64,000 nt of DNA. Origin: Macrostomum lignano. Taxonomy: Eukaryota. The notes under the pieces were generated by a model. That model worked only from the letters and a program-made list of their open reading frames with translations. It was not told the DNA's origin and did no database searches. Positions 61,706 to 64,000 of this stretch are shown piece by piece. The stretch spans positions 1 to 64,000 of the forward strand of contig NIVC01000981.1 of assembly GCA_002269645.1 (NCBI GenBank). The letters are read 5' to 3'. The translations under genes and the position numbers were made by a program. Numbering within the stretch: position 1 is the first letter of the stretch; each line of letters begins with the position of its first letter.

Positions 61706-62514
61706 GAGACAGGCAAGTGTATGGAAATGAGGAATCGGACGGAAAGCCAGGAATAAATGCCTCTTTCCGATATCCCCTTCATCCCATCTCCGGCCTCTCC
61801 CCACTCTTCTAGGCCTAAAATTTGCCCATAGCAGTTTCTGCTTCCCTCAGGAGTTACGTGCCCTGGTAACATCAATTTAACGTAAAAATCGAAATTCTTT
61901 CTAATAATAAAGCATCCACGAGAATAGCATCAAGTTTGCAAGTCAGCAGCGGTGCCAACTGTGCCTGAAATGTCCACCACCGTTAAGCATAAAACTCGGA
62001 CATTTACTACCGAAGCGATTCCGTTAGGACAAAGAATGCTGAATTCGCGTAGCCGGTCACAGCAAATCTTGACCCTGAAAAACGCTATTTTCTGCAATAT
62101 TAGACAACAAAAACCGATTCTCTTTGTCTTTTTGCTGCTTCTGTGATGTCCGAAGTATAAAAGTTTTAAGATTTGTTGTGCATCCCTTAGAAAAAGATGC
62201 TTTACTGTTGGGCCAGCCTCCTCGCCATCATTGGCGCGGCCAAATCTTAATTTGGAATTCAGCTTTGGGGAGGGAAATTCGAAGCCGTGAAAGCGAAGGT
62301 GTGCGAGAGGCGCCTCCGGGGGGGGGGCTGGGGCAGTTTTATGGGGCTGTGCGGCACTGCAGTTTAAACGGCAATGCAAGAAGACACCCGCAAGAAGAAA
62401 GGAAAATCTCCGGCAGCATCTGTGGGGACTGCGGAGAAAATTCTTTAGTGGCCTCAGATTGCCTGCCTTTAGCTCGGCTGCTGCTCCACTGATCCTGCGC
62501 TTGTGTCTGTCTAT

Positions 62515-62795
<281 letters not shown>

Positions 62796-63289
62796 AAATA
62801 TGCTACCAACAAAATCCCGAAGTGTTTCACGAAAAGGTCGCGCACAGTGGTTGCCAGGCCGTCAAGCCACTGTTGACAAGAGAGATGAAAGCTGTGTCAG
62901 AATTACAGCCTCGTCAATTGTTTTTCATTACCATCAGGGAAAGGTCGAATTTCAATAACATAAGCGAAAATCGCTATTCAAAGTTCACAGAGCCATTTCC
63001 AGTCTACAGGATAAATAAAAAACGGAACCCAACTGAAATTGCAGTGCACCTTTGCTTGCATGCACTACTCAGCGGACACGGGAAAGTACTCCAGCATTCG
63101 CAGCTGCTCCACGTTCTGCACAGCGGTCGAACTGGACCAAGGATTCGAGCCTAGGACCTGCAGACAGTCGTGCGAAGCGTTGGAGAGACTTTTTTCTGGG
63201 GAGGCTACTATTGGAGGTATGAGGCTCGCACACCAGTTTTTGCTTGAACTTTCAATAGGTCCTATAGGTCCTTGAACTTTCAATCGAGG

Positions 63290-63890
63290 CCAAAATCCCT
63301 CGATTCCTTCATCAGATTCCCAGACTCTGTCCAACATTCCTCGATTCCTTCATCAGATCATCAGACTCTGTCCAACATCCCTCGATTCCTTCATCAGATC
63401 ATCAGACTCTGTCCAACATCCCTCGATTCCTTCATCAGATCTTCAGACTCTGTCCAACATCCTTAAATTCCGTCATCAGATTCCCAGACTGTCCGACATC
63501 CTTCGATTCCTTCATCAGATCCTCAGACTCACTGTCCAACATCCCTCGATTCCTTCATCAGATTCTCAGACTGTCCAACATCCTTCGATTCCTTCATCAG
63601 ATTCCCAGACTGTCCAACATCCTTCGATTCCTTCATCAGATTCCCAGACTGTCCAACATCCTTCGATTCCTTCATCAGATCCTCAGACTCTGTACAAAAT
63701 CCCTCGATTCCTTCACCAGATCCTCAGACTCACTGTCCAACATCCCTCGATTCCTTCATCAGATCCTCAGACTCTGTACAACATCCCTCGATTCCTTCAT
63801 CAGATCCTCAGACTCACTGTCCAACATCCCTCGATTCCTTCATCAGATCCTCAGACTCTGTCCGACATCCCTCGATTCCTTCATCAGATT
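63290..63890. repeat. ~41-bp minisatellite (CCCTCGATTCCTTCATCAGATCCTCAGACTCTGTCCAACAT)n
   Basis: Direct. Confidence 0.95.
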
Positions 63891-64000
63891 CCCCTTCTCG
63901 GCCACCTCGTCCCCGCATCGAGCAAGTGCAGCTGATGCAACAGTTTATGCCGAGCAAAACGTTCACATCGACTGCCAATCTTGACTGGTCAGCTGGCTAC

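Overview
Eukaryotic (invertebrate animal) genomic DNA that is extremely rich in tandem repeats. Gene style and repeat load are consistent with a flatworm such as Macrostomum (inference only). Most ORFs in the supplied track are artefacts of satellite DNA. Three spliced genes can be reconstructed: a 2-exon four-TM claudin/PMP22-like gene (minus, 7923-9092), a 4-exon flotillin-1 (plus, 13245-30499) and a 2-exon F-box gene (minus, 43456-45964). The flotillin introns are full of mobile DNA. Intron 1 holds a complete 7.3-kb DNA transposon (13467-20788) with ~160-bp TIRs, GGCAGT...ACTGCC ends and a 9-bp TSD. It encodes a decayed hAT (KIAA1586/ZNF862-type) transposase carrying an N-terminal signal-peptide-like segment and a lamin-tail-domain-like motif. 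A 154-bp MITE with the same ends and an unambiguous 9-bp TSD lies 530 bp away. Intron 3 holds a second decayed hAT-like transposase and an RTE-like LINE fragment. Elsewhere are a 1.6-kb non-autonomous PIF/Harbinger element with ~500-bp TIRs, a LINE 3' remnant, a tRNA-derived SINE whose head seeded a minisatellite, a ~5.65-kb-period duplication and about 20 satellite arrays, many with a 21-bp period.
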